Shown here piece after piece: positions 52,797 to 61,145 of a DNA stretch of 64,000 nt. The stretch comes from Myxococcales bacterium (GTDB taxonomy: Bacteria > Myxococcota_A > UBA9042 > JABWCM01 > BTVJ01): assembly GCA_045863395.1 (NCBI GenBank), contig BTVJ01000038.1, positions 1 through 64,000 of the forward strand. Reading direction: 5' to 3'. The notes below the pieces were generated by a model that saw nothing but the letters and a program-made list of their open reading frames with translations, did no database searches and was not told the origin of the DNA. A program made the position numbers and the translations under genes. Each line of letters begins with the position of its first letter. Positions within the stretch are counted from its first letter, which is position 1.

Positions 52797-53449
52797 CGCC
52801 CGAACGCGCCTCCGTCCCGCTCCGGCAGGACGAAGTGGAAGGTGCCGTTGAGCTTGGCGTAGCGCGCCGGGTCCGTCTCGTCCACCATGGTCACGCTCAC
52901 AGACCCGGCGAAGAGCCCGCCGGCCTCCACGCTGAAGTCGGTGATCTCCATGGAGCCCACGGAGCCCGCCTGCTCGCTGGAGTACTTGCGCGGGGGCAGC
53001 TCCGCGACGACCCGCGGCAGCACACCGCCGAGTACGTAGGAGCCGGGGCCGTGGATCGTCGTCGGGTGCTCCGGGGTGCCCACGACGAAGCCGAAGTTCA
53101 GCGTGAGGAACATGAACGGATCGAAGAGCTGGTCTTGCATGGCCAGGGACACGGCTGGCGCGATGTGGGTCGAGCCGAAGGCGAAGGCGCCGGGCTCCTC
53201 CGTCAGGTCCCGGTCCAGGGTGTAGGTCGGGCCGTCCGAGAGCTCCAAGGTGAAGGAGTAGGTGCTCTCGCCGAGGGGCGCGCCACCGGGCTTGTAGTCC
53301 TCCGCAACGTCCGCGTCGATGGTCGCGGTGTCCGGGGCTGGCGCGACGTCGGCTGTCGTGTCGACAACCGCGGTGTCCACGCTCGGGTCACCTGCTGCGC
53401 CATCGCAGGCGACGAGCAGCGTGAGCGCGATGGCCGTCACTGTGCGCAC
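52793..53449 (-). CDS. Hypothetical lipoprotein
   Basis: Lipobox LVAC; strong RBS AAGGAGGAG. Confidence 0.7.
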   Translation of the reverse strand: MRTVTAIALTLLVACDGAAGDPSVDTAVVDTTADVAPAPDTATIDADVAEDYKPGGAPLGESTYSFTLELSDGPTYTLDRDLTEEPGAFAFGSTHIAPAVSLAMQDQLFDPFMFLTLNFGFVVGTPEHPTTIHGPGSYVLGGVLPRVVAELPPRKYSSEQAGSVGSMEITDFSVEAGGLFAGSVSVTMVDETDPARYAKLNGTFHFVLPERDGGAFGR

Positions 53450-53484
53450 GACTCCTCCTTGCGGGGCTCACTCCCCAAGCGGGG

Positions 53485-54075
53485 CTACGCCAGCAGCCCG
53501 TGCATGACGAGCTTCAGGAACTCCTCGGTCTCGCGCTGCCGCTCCTCGGGCCCGATGTCGAAGGGCGCGTCGGACGACAGCCCCTTGAGGCTCGTCTGGA
53601 GCACGCGGGCGATGAGGCTGGCGTCCACCGTCCGAAACTCACCGGCCTTCACACCGCTCGCGATGAGCACCGTCAGCAGCTCCAGCTCCCGGTCCAGGTA
53701 GCGGCGCAGCTCGGCCTCGGCGAGCGGATACAGCTCCTCCATGATCTCCGCGGTCGGGGCGAACATGCGCACCTGCTCGTGGTACACCCGCACGCGGATC
53801 CGCAGGTAGCTGGCGAGTCGCTCCGTCACGGAGCCCGCGCCGGTCAGCTCGGCGACGATGCGGTTGAAGAGCCCGTCGACGACGTGCTGGAGCACTGCGC
53901 CGAAGATCTGCTCCTTGCCGTTCGGGAAGTAGTGGTAGAGCGTCGCCTTGCCCATCTTCGCGGCCTCGGCGATCTCCTCCAGGGTGGTCTTGCGGAACCC
54001 GTGCCGCGAGAAGAGCTGGGACGCGGCCTCGATGATGCGGCTGACCTTCTCGACGCCCTTCCGGGTCGTGGCCAT
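53485..54075 (-). CDS. TetR/AcrR family transcriptional regulator
   Basis: IIEAASQLFSRHGFRKTTLEEIAEAAKMGKATLYHYF..KE. Confidence 0.95.
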   Translation of the reverse strand: MATTRKGVEKVSRIIEAASQLFSRHGFRKTTLEEIAEAAKMGKATLYHYFPNGKEQIFGAVLQHVVDGLFNRIVAELTGAGSVTERLASYLRIRVRVYHEQVRMFAPTAEIMEELYPLAEAELRRYLDRELELLTVLIASGVKAGEFRTVDASLIARVLQTSLKGLSSDAPFDIGPEERQRETEEFLKLVMHGLLA

Positions 54076-54098
54076 GTGCGGCTCCTGTCGCGCGGTTG

Positions 54099-54160
54099 GA
54101 CTCGACCGAAACCGACGCCCGGTCGAATCGGCTTGTACGCGAGCCCCCTGCGGTTGTCAA
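54099..54160 (-). promoter_or_regulatory. sigma70 promoter and candidate autoregulatory operator of the TetR operon
   Basis: TTGACA-N17-TACAAG (54160-54132) followed by inverted repeat gactcgaccg-N11-cggtcgaatc (54099-54129). Confidence 0.6.
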
Positions 54161-54410
54161 TTTCGCAGCAGGGGCGCCCTGTTACCTCGGGCGCTCGGCG
54201 CTACGCCGATGATCAGCGCGTCACGGCTGTAGAGATTGTCTACAGACTGTCCGGGGTCGGGGTCGCGCGAAAGGCCACGAAAGTATTGAGGTCGGCGCCG
54301 CTGGAGGGCTCTGGCACACCGCGTGCAGAGTGCCGCCGCCGCAGATCTGTGGATTCACGCGCCGCCCACGGATCGGGCGGCGAGACCGCGCAACCCGCAA
54401 GGATGGACCC

Positions 54411-55550
54411 ATGAAGCGACTCCTCCTCCTCACGACCTCTCTGGTGCTGTTCCCCGTTGCGGCCTCGGCGGCTCCCTGCCAGACCGACGCCGACTGCGAA
54501 GAGCGCGAGGTGTGCGTCCTCGCCCCCGGCGAGTGCCCCCCGTGCACCCCTGGCGGCGAGTGTCCCCCCTGCGATGAGCCCACCGCCGGCGAGTGCGCCC
54601 CAGCGGACGGTGGCGGCGGCTTCTGGTCGGGCCTCTCCTGCGAGGCCGACAGCGACTGCCCCGACCTGTTCACCTGCGACGAGGTGAGCGTCCCGTGCGC
54701 CATGCCCCCGACCTGCGGCTGCGCGGACTGCGACCCCGACGGCGGCGAGTGCCCCGAGTGTGACTGTCCCGAGGTGGACGAGACCCCCTGCGAGTCCGAG
54801 ACCGTGAAGACCTGCGTGTACGAGCCGGCCACCTGCGAGGCCGATGCCGACTGCGGCGCGGGCTTCGAGTGCTACGCGCAGGAGGTCTGCTCCGGCGGCG
54901 GGTCGAGCTGCGGCTGCGCGCCCTGCGCCGAAGGCGAGACCTGCGAGCCCTGCGAGTGTGACGACGAGCCGGTCTCCGACGAGGGCTCCTGCGAGACCGT
55001 CGGTAGCTATTGCGCCCCGAAGCCCACCCCCTGCAAGGCCGACGCCGACTGCCCCGAGGGCTGGGAGTGCGCCGCGCTCGACATGGGGTGCGCCTGCCCG
55101 GCCTGCGCCTGCGCCGACGGCGAGGAGTGCACGGGCTGCGGCGACTGCACGTGTGACAGCGAGGGCGATGGGCTCTGCCTCCCCGGCGGCTGGAGCGAGG
55201 CCGTCGCGGTGGCCGCGGACGCCGGTGGCGAGGGTGGTCAGGGTGGCGGCTCGGGCGGCGGCGCGTCCGGCCCGACCAAGGGCGGCCTGGGCGACTTCCT
55301 CGGCGGCGCCGCGGAGAGCTTCGACCAGGGCAACGGCGGCGGCAACGACAACGGCGGGGCCGGCGGCAACGACGACGGCTCGGGCGATGGGGCCGGTGGC
55401 GCTGGCGGCACGGGCGGCTCCGGCGGCTCGGGCAGCTCCGGCTGCGCGGTGACCGCCAGCGCGGCGACGGGCTTCGCCGCCATCTTCCTCGTGCTGCTCG
55501 CCATCTTCGCCGTGCTCACCCGCCGCGTCGCCGTCCGCGACGAGCAGTAG
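54411..55550 (+). CDS. Cys-rich secreted protein with MYXO-CTERM-like sorting signal
   Basis: Signal peptide, repeated C-x-x-D-x-DC modules, Gly-rich linker, SGC + TM helix + RR at the C-terminus. Confidence 0.75.
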   Translation: MKRLLLLTTSLVLFPVAASAAPCQTDADCEEREVCVLAPGECPPCTPGGECPPCDEPTAGECAPADGGGGFWSGLSCEADSDCPDLFTCDEVSVPCAMPPTCGCADCDPDGGECPECDCPEVDETPCESETVKTCVYEPATCEADADCGAGFECYAQEVCSGGGSSCGCAPCAEGETCEPCECDDEPVSDEGSCETVGSYCAPKPTPCKADADCPEGWECAALDMGCACPACACADGEECTGCGDCTCDSEGDGLCLPGGWSEAVAVAADAGGEGGQGGGSGGGASGPTKGGLGDFLGGAAESFDQGNGGGNDNGGAGGNDDGSGDGAGGAGGTGGSGGSGSSGCAVTASAATGFAAIFLVLLAIFAVLTRRVAVRDEQ

Positions 55551-55618
55551 CACCAACTTTCTCGCCTCCTCGCGCGCGCCGGGCTAGAATCCACGGCTCC
55601 CCGCGCGCAGGAGGACCC

Positions 55619-56923
55619 GTGCGAACCGTCGACCTCATCCAGAAGAAGCGCGATGGCCGCCCTCTGGCCACCGCCGAGATCGAGCACCTCATCGCGGCTT
55701 ACACGCGCGGCGACGTGCCCGACTACCAGATGGCCGCCCTCGCCATGGCCATCTTCTTCCGCGGACTGGACGCCTCCGAGCTGACGGCGTGGACCCGCGC
55801 CATGCTCCACAGCGGATCGATCCTCGACTGGTCCGCCCTCGGACGTCCCTGCGTGGACAAGCACTCCACCGGCGGCGTCGGCGACAAGATCAGCCTGCCT
55901 CTCGCCCCCGCCGTCGTCGCGTGCGGCGCGGCGGTGCCCATGGTCAGCGGCCGCGGCCTCGGTCACACCGGCGGCACCCTCGACAAGCTGGAGTCCATCC
56001 CCGGCTTCCGGGTGCGCCTGTCCCTGGAAGAGACCCGGCGCGTCATGGGCGACGTGGGCGCGGTGCTCATCGGGCAGACCGACGAGATCGCTCCCGCGGA
56101 TCGCAAGCTCTACTCATTGCGAGATGCCACCGCCACGGTGGAGAGCATCCCCCTCATCGCGTCGAGCATCATGAGCAAGAAGCTCGCCGAGGGGGTCCAG
56201 GGCCTCGTCCTCGACGTCAAGACCGGCTCCGGCGCGTTCATGCGGACCCGCGAGCGGGCAAAGGAGCTGGCGAGGACGCTGGTCGACATCGGCAACGGGG
56301 TCGGCACCCGCACCGTTGCACGCATCACCCGCATGGACCGCCCCCTCGGGCGGCTCATCGGCAATGCGCTGGAGGTGGTCGAGAGCGTCGAGACCCTCCG
56401 CGGCGAGGGGCCCGACGACGTGACGACCCTGGTCGAGGTGCTCGGCGGCGAGATGCTGGTGCTGGCCGGCGTGACCCAGGACCCGGAGGACGGTCGCGCC
56501 CGCATCGCCCGCAGCCTGCGCGACGGGACTGCACTTGAGGTGTTCCGCCGCCTCGTCGAGGCGCAAGGCGGCGACCCGCGCGCCATCGACGACACCTCGC
56601 ACCTCCCCGCTGCGGCGGAGCGGGTGGTGGTGCGCGCCGAGCGGGCGGGGTTCGTCCAGGCCATCGATACGGCGGAGCTCGGCCGCGCCGGAATGGTCCT
56701 CGGCGCCGGCCGCGCCCGGTCCGAGGACAGCATCGACCCCGCGGTGGGCATGCGCGTCCTCGCGACGGTGGGCGATACGGTCTCGGCAGGCGACGCCCTC
56801 GTCGAGCTGCACGTCAACGACGCGGCCCACCTGCGCTGGGCCATCGACGGCGTCCTGCGCGCCTACACGCTCGCCGACACCCCACCCGACCCCGTCGAGC
56901 TGCTGCTGGAGCGCGTGGCTTGA
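55619..56923 (+). CDS. deoA: Thymidine/pyrimidine-nucleoside phosphorylase
   Basis: DKHSTGGVGDK, SGRGLGHTGGTLDKLESIPG, SIMSKKLAEG, DVKTGSGAFM. Confidence 0.95.
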   Translation: MRTVDLIQKKRDGRPLATAEIEHLIAAYTRGDVPDYQMAALAMAIFFRGLDASELTAWTRAMLHSGSILDWSALGRPCVDKHSTGGVGDKISLPLAPAVVACGAAVPMVSGRGLGHTGGTLDKLESIPGFRVRLSLEETRRVMGDVGAVLIGQTDEIAPADRKLYSLRDATATVESIPLIASSIMSKKLAEGVQGLVLDVKTGSGAFMRTRERAKELARTLVDIGNGVGTRTVARITRMDRPLGRLIGNALEVVESVETLRGEGPDDVTTLVEVLGGEMLVLAGVTQDPEDGRARIARSLRDGTALEVFRRLVEAQGGDPRAIDDTSHLPAAAERVVVRAERAGFVQAIDTAELGRAGMVLGAGRARSEDSIDPAVGMRVLATVGDTVSAGDALVELHVNDAAHLRWAIDGVLRAYTLADTPPDPVELLLERVA

Positions 56924-58341
56924 CCCGACGCCTCCCCGTCGGGCGCCTCCTGGTGGTGGCGTTCCTGGCGCTGGTCGCCCTCGGGGTGGCTCCCAGTGCG
57001 GAGGGCGCCAGCCCCGTGGTCCCCGCCGCAGCCCAGGTATTCCGCGACCACGAGACCACCCTCGCCGACCGGGCGCTCAGCGTGCTCGGGATTCCCGCTC
57101 TGCTGGCCGTCGCGTGGTTGCTCAGCAAGGACCGCCGCGCCATCAAGTGGCGCCCCGTGGCCTGGGGCATCGGCCTCCAGATCCTGTTCGGGCTCGTGGT
57201 GCTCAGCCCGACCGTCGGCGACGCCTTCTTCTCCGTCGTGGACCAGGGGGTAGGGCGGCTCCTCTCCTTCGCCGAGAGGGGCGCCGACTTCGTCTTCCAG
57301 GCCGTCGTGCCCCACGAGAGCGTACACTATGCCGACGACGGCACCCGCACGACGACCGTGGTCATCGGGCACATGAGCCCCGTCCTCAAGACGGTGGCCT
57401 TCTGGGTGCTCCCGACCATCATCTTCTTCTCGTCGCTCATGACGCTGCTCTACCACCTGGGCGCCATGCAGCCCCTCGTGCGGCTCTTCGCCTGGGCCAT
57501 GCAGAAGACCATGGGCACGAGCGGCAGCGAGAGCCTGTCCTGCGCCTCCAACATCTTCGTCGGCCAGACGGAGGCCCCCCTCGTCATCCGGCCCTTCCTG
57601 GAGACCATGACCCGCAGCGAGCTGCACGCCATGATGGTCGGCGGCTTCGCGACGGTGGCCGGGGGCGTCCTGGCGGTCTACGTCAAGCTGCTGCAGCACG
57701 TGCCAGGGATCGCGGGCCACCTGGTCACCGCCAGCATCATGAGCGCGCCGGCCGCGCTCGCCGTCTCGAAGATCCTCGTGCCCGAGACGGAGCCGAGCAC
57801 CACGGCCGGGTCCCTGAAGATGCACGTGGAGCGCCCCGACGCCAACTCCATCGAGGCCGTGGCCCGCGGGGCGACCGACGGCCTCCTGCTGGCGGCCAAC
57901 GTGGCGGCCATGCTCATCGCCTTCATCGCCATGGTCGCGCTCGCCGACTGGATGCTCGGGGTAGTCGGGCTCTCCCTGTCGGAGATCCTCGGCTGGGTCT
58001 TCCGCCCCTTCGCCTTCCTGATGGGCGTCCCCTGGTCCGAGTCGGACACGGTGGGCCGCCTGCTGGGCGAAAAGCTGGTCCTCACCGAGCTCATCGCGTA
58101 CATTCACCTCGGGGAGCTGCTGTCGTCCGGCAAGGCCGTGCTCAGCGAGCGATCCGTGATCATCACGAGCTACGCCCTCTGCGGCTTCGCCAACTTCGCC
58201 TCGATCGGCATCCAGATCGGCGGCATCGGCGCCATCGCCCCCTCCCGCCGGAGGGACCTGGCGCAGCTCGGGCTCCTCGCCATGGTCGGCGGCACGCTGG
58301 CGGCGTTCCTGACGGCCAACGTCGTTGGGATCCTGAAGTGA
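56920..58341 (+). CDS. nupC: CNT/NupC nucleoside:cation symporter
   Basis: IIFFSSL, GTSGSES, NIFVGQTEAP, GFATVAG, YALCGFANF.SIGIQIGG. Confidence 0.93.
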   Translation: MTRRLPVGRLLVVAFLALVALGVAPSAEGASPVVPAAAQVFRDHETTLADRALSVLGIPALLAVAWLLSKDRRAIKWRPVAWGIGLQILFGLVVLSPTVGDAFFSVVDQGVGRLLSFAERGADFVFQAVVPHESVHYADDGTRTTTVVIGHMSPVLKTVAFWVLPTIIFFSSLMTLLYHLGAMQPLVRLFAWAMQKTMGTSGSESLSCASNIFVGQTEAPLVIRPFLETMTRSELHAMMVGGFATVAGGVLAVYVKLLQHVPGIAGHLVTASIMSAPAALAVSKILVPETEPSTTAGSLKMHVERPDANSIEAVARGATDGLLLAANVAAMLIAFIAMVALADWMLGVVGLSLSEILGWVFRPFAFLMGVPWSESDTVGRLLGEKLVLTELIAYIHLGELLSSGKAVLSERSVIITSYALCGFANFASIGIQIGGIGAIAPSRRRDLAQLGLLAMVGGTLAAFLTANVVGILK

Positions 58342-58351
58342 CGGAGGGAAG

Positions 58352-59188
58352 ATGAAGGGCGAGTTCGAACGACTGTCACGGGCGCGCGAGGCGCTCGTCC
58401 CCCGGCTCCCCGCGACGCCGCGGGTGGCCATGATCCTGGGCTCGGGGCTCGGGGCTTTGGCGTCGGAGGTCGACGGCGCCGTCTCCATCCCCTACGGCGA
58501 GATCCCCGGCATGCCGGTCCCCCACGTCGACGGGCACGCGGGCCTCCTCGTGTGCGGCACGCTCGCAGGCCAGCAGGTCATGGTCTTCTCAGGCCGCGCC
58601 CACTGGTACGAGGGCCACCCCATCGAGGACGTCGTCTTCGCTTCCCGCCTCTCGCGCCTCTGCGGCGCGTCCATCCTCGCCGTGACCAACGCCGCGGGTG
58701 GTATCAACACGGACCTTCGACCCGGCAACCTCATGTCGATCCGCGACCACATCAACCTCATGGGGGTGAACCCCCTGCGCGGCCCCAACGACGAGCGCCT
58801 CGGCACGCGCTTCCCGGACATGACCGTCGCCTGGGATCGGGCGCTGCGCGGGGTGCTCCGCGCCGCGGCCAACGTGGAGGGGGTCCCGCTGTACTCGGGC
58901 GTCTACTGCGGCCTGTCCGGGCCCAGCTACGAGACGCCGGCCGAGATCCGCATGCTCCGAAAGCTCGGCGCCGACGCGGTCGGCATGTCGACCGTGCCAG
59001 AGGCCATCGCCGCCCGGCACATGGGCATGCGGGTCGTCGGCCTGTCCTGCATCACGAACCTCGGCGCGGGGCTGGGCTCGGCCGAGACCCTCAACCACGA
59101 CGAGGTCAAGGAGATGGGGCGCCAGGTGGCCGGCGACATGCGCCGCCTGGTCCTGCGCTTCCTCGCCATGCTCCCCGGTGACGAATGA
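58352..59188 (+). CDS. punA: Purine-nucleoside phosphorylase (trimeric PunA/XapA type)
   Basis: ILGSGLG, GHAG, GR.H.YEG, TNAAGG, GPSYETPAE, DAVGMSTVPE. Confidence 0.93.
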   Translation: MKGEFERLSRAREALVPRLPATPRVAMILGSGLGALASEVDGAVSIPYGEIPGMPVPHVDGHAGLLVCGTLAGQQVMVFSGRAHWYEGHPIEDVVFASRLSRLCGASILAVTNAAGGINTDLRPGNLMSIRDHINLMGVNPLRGPNDERLGTRFPDMTVAWDRALRGVLRAAANVEGVPLYSGVYCGLSGPSYETPAEIRMLRKLGADAVGMSTVPEAIAARHMGMRVVGLSCITNLGAGLGSAETLNHDEVKEMGRQVAGDMRRLVLRFLAMLPGDE

Positions 59189-59625
59189 CCGACCCGACAG
59201 TGATCGACGCGGAGCACCTCGCCCAGCTCGCCCGCGACGTGCGGGGGCGTGCCTATGCCCCCTACTCGCGCTTCCAGGTGGGCGCCGCCCTGCTCACCCG
59301 CGGCGGCGCCGTGCACCGGGGCGTGAACGTGGAGAACGCGGCCTACCCGGTGGGGCTCTGCGCGGAGCGGTGCGCCCTCGGGAGCGCCGTCGCCGCCGGA
59401 GATCGGGATCTGGTCGCCATCGCGGTGGTCGGTGGCGCGGAGCTGGTCTACCCCTGCGGCATGTGCCGGCAAGCCTTGACGGAGCTCTGCCCTGACATCC
59501 GTGTCATCCTCGTGACGACCGACCCGGCTGTCCCCGCCGTGGAGGTGTCGCTGCGGACCTTGCTCCCCCACGCCTTCGGGCCGGACGATCTGGCGGGCGG
59601 TCAGCTCCCCCCGACCAGCCGGTAG
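59185..59625 (+). CDS. cdd: Cytidine deaminase
   Basis: YAPYSRFQVGAA, NVEN, CAER, PCGMCRQ, LLP.AF. Confidence 0.95.
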   Translation: MTDPTVIDAEHLAQLARDVRGRAYAPYSRFQVGAALLTRGGAVHRGVNVENAAYPVGLCAERCALGSAVAAGDRDLVAIAVVGGAELVYPCGMCRQALTELCPDIRVILVTTDPAVPAVEVSLRTLLPHAFGPDDLAGGQLPPTSR

Positions 59626-59645
59626 GCACCCAGACCGCAGAACGG

Positions 59646-59681
59646 AAAAAAGGGGCCAGGCCCGAGAGCCTGACCCCTTTT
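59646..59681. terminator. Intrinsic terminator, strongest on the minus strand, probably bidirectional
   Basis: Minus-strand GGGGUCAGGCU-CUCG-GGCCUGGCCCC-U6; four T on the plus strand after cdd. Confidence 0.8.
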
Positions 59682-59776
59682 CCCGTCGATGCAAACCCTT
59701 GAAGGAGTCTGACCCTCCGAGCCGGAAGGAGGAGCGGCTCTTCGGGTCGGGTCGGCGGCGGGGCCGCCTTCCTGGC
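59646..59776 (-). ncRNA. Candidate sigma54-dependent small RNA (~130 nt)
   Basis: Bounded by a perfect sigma54 promoter and an intrinsic terminator; three internal stem-loops; G-U pairs fit only the minus-strand RNA. Confidence 0.6.
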
Positions 59777-59786
59777 TGGAGGCATG

Positions 59787-59802
59787 AGCAAGGGTCGTGC
59801 CA
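59787..59802 (-). promoter_or_regulatory. sigma54 (-24/-12) promoter
   Basis: TGGCACGACCCTTGCT matches consensus TGGCACG-N4-TTGCW exactly. Confidence 0.75.
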
Positions 59803-60002
59803 GCGCTGCGACCCTGCGCAGTTCCCCGGCTCCGCGTCGTGGGGCGAGCCTCCGGTGCCCTCCCGCCGCCGCCAATTGCGACATCTGTGTCATGGCCCCG
59901 CGCAGGATGTTTCGCGCACCTCCGACCCTCCCTGGTCGGGCGGGTGCGCCTTGACCCCTCGCCGGGCCATGCACCACAATGGCCGCTCGCCGTGGAGGCC
60001 CG

Positions 60003-61145
60003 ATGCCCGACTCCCGCTGCCGGGGTCGCGAGACCCCGAAGTTGCTCCGGTTCTGCTGGATTGGCGTGCTGCTCGCCTCCTGTGGCGCCTTCGGCGAGCG
60101 CGCGCCCGTCGTCGACCAGGATCTGAGCTGCCCGACCGTGGACCAGCAGATCCCGACCGTGATGGCGCTCATCGAGGAGGGGCGGCTCGCCGGGCTGCGG
60201 CAGGTCATCGAGGAGCACGTCAGCGACTCGCTCCGGGGGCAGGTGGTTGAGCTGGCCCTGGACATCGTGCGAGCGCTCCCGCCGGGGACCCTGGACGGGC
60301 TCCGCGTCGTGGTCCGCAACGAGGCCGTGTGGGCGCTGCTCCCCCTGGTGGCCGACGTGGGGCGCTTCGTGACCGACGGCGGGCGCTGGGAGGTGGTGCC
60401 CGTCGCGGCGGACCTCATCGTCCTCTGCCCCTCCGGGGAGCTGCTCCCCGTCCTCGGCGACCTGCTCCGCGACCCCATGATGCCGGACGCCCTTGCGCTG
60501 ATGCTCTCGGACCCGCAAGGGCTGGAGGCGTTGCTGGCGTCTCTGGGGGTCGATCTCGCCGACCCTGCGGCCCGGGAGGCGCTCCTCGCCCTCGTCGACA
60601 ACGTGCTCGCCAGCTTCGCGGCGCCGGGCTTCCGCCTCGACGAGCTGGAGGAGCTGCTCCTGGAGCTTGCGGACCTGGGCCTCATCGACCTGCGGACGCC
60701 GGCCATCCGGGGCCTGCTGGTCCTGGCGCACGAGGCCATGGACGCGCCCGGGCGCCTGGAGACGCTCCAGGGCTTCGTGGGCTGCCTTCGCACGGTGGAC
60801 CCGTCGCTCTCGCTCGTCGCCCTCATCTATGACCTCATCGCCGAGGGGGCCATCGCGCTCGACGACCTGAGCGCCGTCCTCGCGGTGGCGGACCCGGCCG
60901 CGGGGGGCGACGCCGTCCTCCGGCTCCTCGTGGACGTGCTCGACTTCCTGGCCACGGACGACGAGGCGCGTGGCAGCCTGGCCGACGTCCTGCTGACCAT
61001 CCTCGAGCCCGACGCGGCGAAGGTGGCGCTCCCGGACCTCGTGGTCCTGCTCGACGCGGGCGCGGTGCCCGAGGTGGTCGACCTGCTGGTGTCGCTGGTC
61101 TACGGCTGCCACGGGGGCGACGTGAAGCTCGGGGTGAGCCCGTGA
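60003..61145 (+). CDS. Hypothetical Leu-rich alpha-helical lipoprotein
   Basis: RBS GGAGG, lipobox LASC, GTGA overlap with the next gene. Confidence 0.65.
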   Translation: MPDSRCRGRETPKLLRFCWIGVLLASCGAFGERAPVVDQDLSCPTVDQQIPTVMALIEEGRLAGLRQVIEEHVSDSLRGQVVELALDIVRALPPGTLDGLRVVVRNEAVWALLPLVADVGRFVTDGGRWEVVPVAADLIVLCPSGELLPVLGDLLRDPMMPDALALMLSDPQGLEALLASLGVDLADPAAREALLALVDNVLASFAAPGFRLDELEELLLELADLGLIDLRTPAIRGLLVLAHEAMDAPGRLETLQGFVGCLRTVDPSLSLVALIYDLIAEGAIALDDLSAVLAVADPAAGGDAVLRLLVDVLDFLATDDEARGSLADVLLTILEPDAAKVALPDLVVLLDAGAVPEVVDLLVSLVYGCHGGDVKLGVSP

